DNA from: Candidatus Hermodarchaeota archaeon
GTDB lineage: Archaea > Asgardarchaeota > Lokiarchaeia > Sigyniarchaeales > SOKP01
DNA length: 34,521 nucleotides
Reading direction: 5' to 3'
NCBI GenBank assembly: GCA_048885925.1
Contig: JBHLLG010000028.1
Coordinates: 1 to 34,521, forward strand
The notes below the pieces were generated by a model. That model had not been told where the DNA came from. It made no database searches and saw only the letters and a program-made list of their open reading frames with translations. Shown piece by piece: positions 30,373 through 34,521 of the stretch. Position 1 is the first letter of the stretch, and the number at the start of each line of letters is the position of its first letter. Position numbers and translations under genes: made by a program.

Positions 30373-31944
30373 TTAAATATTAAGAATATTTTTTATCGAA
30401 TTATTTATATTATTAATCATATCTAACGTTGTAAAACGAATATTAATATTTTGTTTACAATATTCCCCTATTATTCCATTGAGAAAAGCTGCAGAGCATG
30501 CAGATTGAAAGAGTTCATTTTTTATTGCTATAAAAGAAATACATAAGCCAGCTAACATATCACCTGTCCCTCCTACACTCATTTCAGGGCAACCCGTTTT
30601 ATTAATCTTTACAGCTTTCCCATTTGATATATAGTCATAGGGACCTTTAACAAGTAGATTTATATCCCACTTTTTTGCTAAATCAAATATTTTTTTACTA
30701 CGTTCATCTATATTATAATATGGAGGTAAATCAACTCCCATCATAATTTTTAGCTCTCCTTCATGAGGTGTTAAAATAACAGGCAACCCTTTTATTAAGT
30801 CTAGATGATTTTTTACTAATTTTAAAGCATCAGCATCTAGGACAAATGATTTTCTAGATTGTTTCAAAATTTTTAGCAACTCAATCAGTAGGGCTTCACT
30901 TTCCTTTTCTAGTCCCAAACCTGGACCAATCAATATAGAGTCTGCCCATTTTATCAATTCAGTTAATTCATCTAAAGCATCTAAATTTAACCAGTTTCCC
31001 TTACTAGCCCTCACAATCATATTTGGAGAATAACTTCTAAGGGCATTAGCAATTACTTCTGGTACATAGGTTATTACTAAGTCAATTCCAAAATGAATTC
31101 CTGTTAAGGAAGCATAAGCTGGTGCTCCGGAATAGTTTTTTGAACCCCCGATAATTAAAACTTTTCCGAAATCCCCTTTATGAGCATCTTTTTTCCTTTT
31201 CTTTAGTGAAGCTATTAAATTTCCTTTACCAATAAAAAGACTCGCTTCAGGAGGAACTCCAATAGATTTGATTACTATTTCTTTTATATATTCATTATCA
31301 TCCGACATTCCCTGTTTTATTCTATGAAATGTGATTACAAGATCTGCTTTTACCGCTTTATCTAATACTTCTCCGCTATTTGGGTTTAATCCTGAAGGAA
31401 TATCAATCGCTACAACTTTAATTCTTTTTGATTCCTCCTCTTTTAAACTATTTATTAAATCTATTGCAGAGCTTATTGGTTCTCTAATTTTACCTTCAAT
31501 TCCAGTTCCTAATAATCCGTCTATGATTACCTGATAAGACTTATCTTCTTGAATAATATGTCTTACTTTTCTCAAATCTGAGGAATCTTGAATAATCTCA
31601 ATATTAATAGAATAATTTAGATTATTAAATATCACATTCCAATTTATTTGAGCCTCTTTAGTTCTTATTTTATCTGGTGTTCCTACTAAAATTACTAAAG
31701 ATTTAACTCTTAAAGCAGATAGATGTCTTGCAACTACAAATCCATCTCCACCATTATTTCCAGTTCCACAAAAAATAACAGCTTTTGAGTTAGCATTAAG
31801 ATAATCACGGTCTATAATTTCAGTTGCAAATGAATATCCCGCACATTCCATTAAATGACTTTTTGGGATTCCTAACCACTCGCTATTATTATCTAAAATT
31901 GCCATTTCTTCAGAAGTAATCTTTTCAGAATTAAGTATTTTCAT
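30373..31944 (-). CDS. nnr: Bifunctional NAD(P)HX epimerase/dehydratase (YjeF)
   Basis: LMECAG, CGTGNNGGDG, DGLLGTG, DIPSG, HKGDFG, GGSKNYSGAP, GPGLG, LDADAL, TPHEGE, GGTGDMLAG. Confidence 0.95.
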   Translation of the reverse strand: MKILNSEKITSEEMAILDNNSEWLGIPKSHLMECAGYSFATEIIDRDYLNANSKAVIFCGTGNNGGDGFVVARHLSALRVKSLVILVGTPDKIRTKEAQINWNVIFNNLNYSINIEIIQDSSDLRKVRHIIQEDKSYQVIIDGLLGTGIEGKIREPISSAIDLINSLKEEESKRIKVVAIDIPSGLNPNSGEVLDKAVKADLVITFHRIKQGMSDDNEYIKEIVIKSIGVPPEASLFIGKGNLIASLKKRKKDAHKGDFGKVLIIGGSKNYSGAPAYASLTGIHFGIDLVITYVPEVIANALRSYSPNMIVRASKGNWLNLDALDELTELIKWADSILIGPGLGLEKESEALLIELLKILKQSRKSFVLDADALKLVKNHLDLIKGLPVILTPHEGELKIMMGVDLPPYYNIDERSKKIFDLAKKWDINLLVKGPYDYISNGKAVKINKTGCPEMSVGGTGDMLAGLCISFIAIKNELFQSACSAAFLNGIIGEYCKQNINIRFTTLDMINNINNSIKNILNI

Positions 31945-32075
31945 AACAATTTAATTTAAGATTTAGACATAAAAAATCTTTTAGTTTCAGACTAATTTTT
32001 AATTGAAAAAAAATTTCATAAATCACCCTATATTGAAATTAAATTTTAATAAAAATAAGTTAATGATTCAAAAAA

Positions 32076-32882
32076 ATGAATGAAAATCTAAAAATTTATA
32101 AGAATTATGGAAAGAAATTTGAGGAGTTTTTACGTCCATCATCATTTCCAATTGCCATTAAACTTGTAAAAAATGAATCAGACATTCCCTCTGAATATAA
32201 AAGGCCAAAATCAGATTTGAATATTCAAACATTTATATGTCAAACCTTTAAGATGGTTCGAAGTTATGGCTGGACCATGGCTATGACAGAAGAGGATTGT
32301 GTTTGTAAATTTGCACGAGGGATATATGGATGGGATCTTATTACAGAAGAATCGAAAAGTTTTGCTAATCAGTTCAGTGTTGGACTTTATGCTAAAGACC
32401 TAGAAACCGCAAAAAAATGGCAAGATAAAGTATATGTGCAAAAAGAAAAATACTCAGGTCTTATAATTTCACCATTAACAAGAACAAAAATTGAACCTGA
32501 TGTTGTTCAAATTTATTGTAACCCTGCACAAGCAATGAGATTAATTCAAAGTTATCTTTATCATAAAGGTGGGGTTCTTAATTTCACATCTTCTGGAAGA
32601 GGAGCTTCTTGTCATGAAGGAGTTATTAAAACACTACAAACAGATGAACCTCAGCTAGTCATTCTAGGAAATGGTGATAGAGTTTGGGGAGGTGCCGAAG
32701 ATTCAGAGGTAATGTTCTCGATTCCAAAAAGTAAATTAGAAATTGTAATAGATGGATTAGAAAAAACTCATAAAGCAGGTTTGAGATATCCAATACCAAA
32801 ATATATGAATTATAATCCAGGATTCCAAACTTCTTTTGAAAAGAGAGCAAAAGAAAAAGCTGGAGGCACAATAGTTAAATAA
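32076..32882 (+). CDS. DUF169-family protein
   Basis: PIAIKL, FICQ, EDCVC, EPDVVQIYCNPAQAMRL, ASCHE, DRVWGG.EDSEVMFSIP pattern. Confidence 0.75.
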   Translation: MNENLKIYKNYGKKFEEFLRPSSFPIAIKLVKNESDIPSEYKRPKSDLNIQTFICQTFKMVRSYGWTMAMTEEDCVCKFARGIYGWDLITEESKSFANQFSVGLYAKDLETAKKWQDKVYVQKEKYSGLIISPLTRTKIEPDVVQIYCNPAQAMRLIQSYLYHKGGVLNFTSSGRGASCHEGVIKTLQTDEPQLVILGNGDRVWGGAEDSEVMFSIPKSKLEIVIDGLEKTHKAGLRYPIPKYMNYNPGFQTSFEKRAKEKAGGTIVK

Positions 32883-32906
32883 TAATTAAGTAAGGCGAAA
32901 ATAAAA

Positions 32907-33392
32907 GTGGAAGATTCACTTTTTCACAAATTAGAATGGCCATATCCTTTAAAATGAGATGAGGAGAAAGAATTAAATACAGATATTTTAATTCTAGGAG
33001 GAGGTATCGCAGGTTGTTGGGCTGCAATTGCAGTGGCAAAAAGAGGTTTAAAAGCTATTATAGTTGAAAAAGAAGCTACAATCAGGAGTGGAGCAGGTGG
33101 ATCAGGTTGCAATCATTGGGAATCTGCAGCTACTAATCCATGCTCAAAAGTTACCCCTGAAGAACTAACATTAGCAATGATTAAAGATCATAATGGATAT
33201 AATAATGGGATTTCACATTATATCGAATGTAAAGAATTTTATGATAGGTTATTAGATATAGAAAAACTGGGTGGAAAAGTCAGAGATACCGAAGACAAAT
33301 TTAAGGGTGCTTAATTTAGAGATGAAAAAACTAAATTTTTATTTGCTTATGACCATGAAAATAAATTTACATTACGAGTATGGGGAACGACT
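32907..33392 (+). pseudogene. 5' remnant of FAD-dependent oxidoreductase (AprA/SdhA-like flavoprotein)
   Basis: TDILILGGGIAGCWAAI...IVEK..TIRSGAGG; in-frame stops TGA 32955-32957 and TAA 33312-33314; similarity appears to end after LRVWGTT. Confidence 0.85.
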
Positions 33393-33584
33393 TTACTTGA
33401 AGATGAAAAAGTGCTTCATACAGCCCACATTGCCTTTGGGAATAATACAGATACAGATATGGATGGCGGGCAGAACAAATCAAAAATTCATAGAGATTTC
33501 TTATTCTATAAACCAACAATAAAGATTACTTATAAAGATGAATCAACAAAAATTTTAATGAAAAATGGAGAATTTAATTTTTGA
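33393..33584 (+). pseudogene. 3' remnant of M29-like (thermophilic metallo-) aminopeptidase
   Basis: LLEDEKVLHTAHIAFGNN...GGQNKSKIHRDFLFYKPTI...LMKNGEF* in the same frame as the flavoprotein remnant. Confidence 0.75.
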
Positions 33585-33678
33585 ATTATAATATTTTTTG
33601 TAATCATTATTATTTTCTACTTTATTAGATTATAAATTTTTATTAAAAGAAAAAAAAGAGATAACTAAAAATTCAAAT

Positions 33679-34005
33679 TTACAATTCAGGCATCATCAAA
33701 CCCACCATTGGCATGGCGTCTATTCCTGACAGAAAAGTCTCTATTGTGTACTTAAATCCTGGAATTTCAGAATAAGCTAATTGCATTTCAGAAATTCGTT
33801 TTATCATTTCTTCATATTTACCTTTTTTAACTTCAGTAACAGTAAAAACTTTGATTCCCTTTTTAGTAGCTCTGACTCCTAAAGGTACGAGATTTTTTTC
33901 TAAGGTTCTATCCATTGGATATTTCTTGGTTACTTCAATATATTTTTGTCCTGCCTCTTTCTCTTTCCCAAAAGGAATCCAACTTGTTATCATTATTAAT
34001 ACCAT
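33679..34005 (-). CDS. Small hypothetical protein
   Basis: Clean ORF. ATG at 34005 lies 5 nt after GGTGA, which favours it over the GTG at 34014. Confidence 0.75.
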   Translation of the reverse strand: MVLIMITSWIPFGKEKEAGQKYIEVTKKYPMDRTLEKNLVPLGVRATKKGIKVFTVTEVKKGKYEEMIKRISEMQLAYSEIPGFKYTIETFLSGIDAMPMVGLMMPEL

Positions 34006-34345
34006 CCTTTTCACCCTTTGTTATATTTCTATTAATATTGTTTGGTTTTTTAAGCAAATAATAAATTTTAATACAACAATTTAAGGTTTTACAATTTAGG
34101 TATAATTAACAATTTTATTTCGAAGACATCATTCTAATTTTCATGAAACTTTTATAATTCTTTCACTTTCTCTAATTGATTACGCCTAAATTTATTACAC
34201 TTCTATTTCTTTTGGCTAATTACCCTTCTATTAATTACTTGGGTATCTATTATCTTAAAATTTATTATTAATAACCTTTAAATAATCAAGTAAACTAATT
34301 ATAGTTGAGTATAAAGTAATTAATTAAAGGGTGGAAAATATTAAG

Positions 34346-34521
34346 ATGAAATCTTATAATTTTTGTCCAGAATGTGGAAAATCACTTGAGAATGATTCAA
34401 ATATATGTCCCAATTGCGGATTTAAGATAATTTCTGAACTAAAGGAGCATGCTAGCACTATTAATGAGCAAATACGTAGAGAGCCTGTTTTGATTCCTAA
34501 AATTACTCAAAAAGCTAAACC
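34346..34521 (+). CDS. Zinc-ribbon domain protein, 5' partial
   Basis: MKSYNFCPECGKSLENDSNICPNCGF; the frame runs off the window end. Confidence 0.8.
   Translation, partial: MKSYNFCPECGKSLENDSNICPNCGFKIISELKEHASTINEQIRREPVLIPKITQKAK

Noticed and set aside
32955-32957. In-frame TGA as selenocysteine or readthrough
   Set aside because: The context suggests a Trp codon mutated to TGA, a second stop (TAA 33312) follows, and the gene is truncated.

Overview
AT-rich archaeal chromosomal segment whose gene content points to an Asgard archaeon, probably Lokiarchaeia (inference). It carries a divergent actin-family protein, a single-domain gelsolin, a roadblock/LC7 protein, an MglA-type GTPase and GGTGA ribosome-binding sites. 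The main observation is that gyrB is interrupted at codon 21/22 by a 53-nt, frame-breaking insert (4597-4649). The insert sits in a bulge-helix-bulge/loop structure of the kind cut by the archaeal tRNA-splicing endonuclease. Cutting at the textbook BHB positions restores the conserved [14 protein letters not shown] motif exactly, so this is a candidate pre-mRNA intron in DNA gyrase. Other observations: three copies of the folP 3' end around an inserted carboxypeptidase gene; a co-oriented ~10 kb block of eukaryote-signature and pseudo-enzyme genes; several probable ATT start codons; a TrmB-like protein with four internal helical repeats; and a chimeric pseudogene joining a flavoprotein 5' end to an aminopeptidase 3' end. 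All family assignments come from reading motifs by eye; no searches were run.
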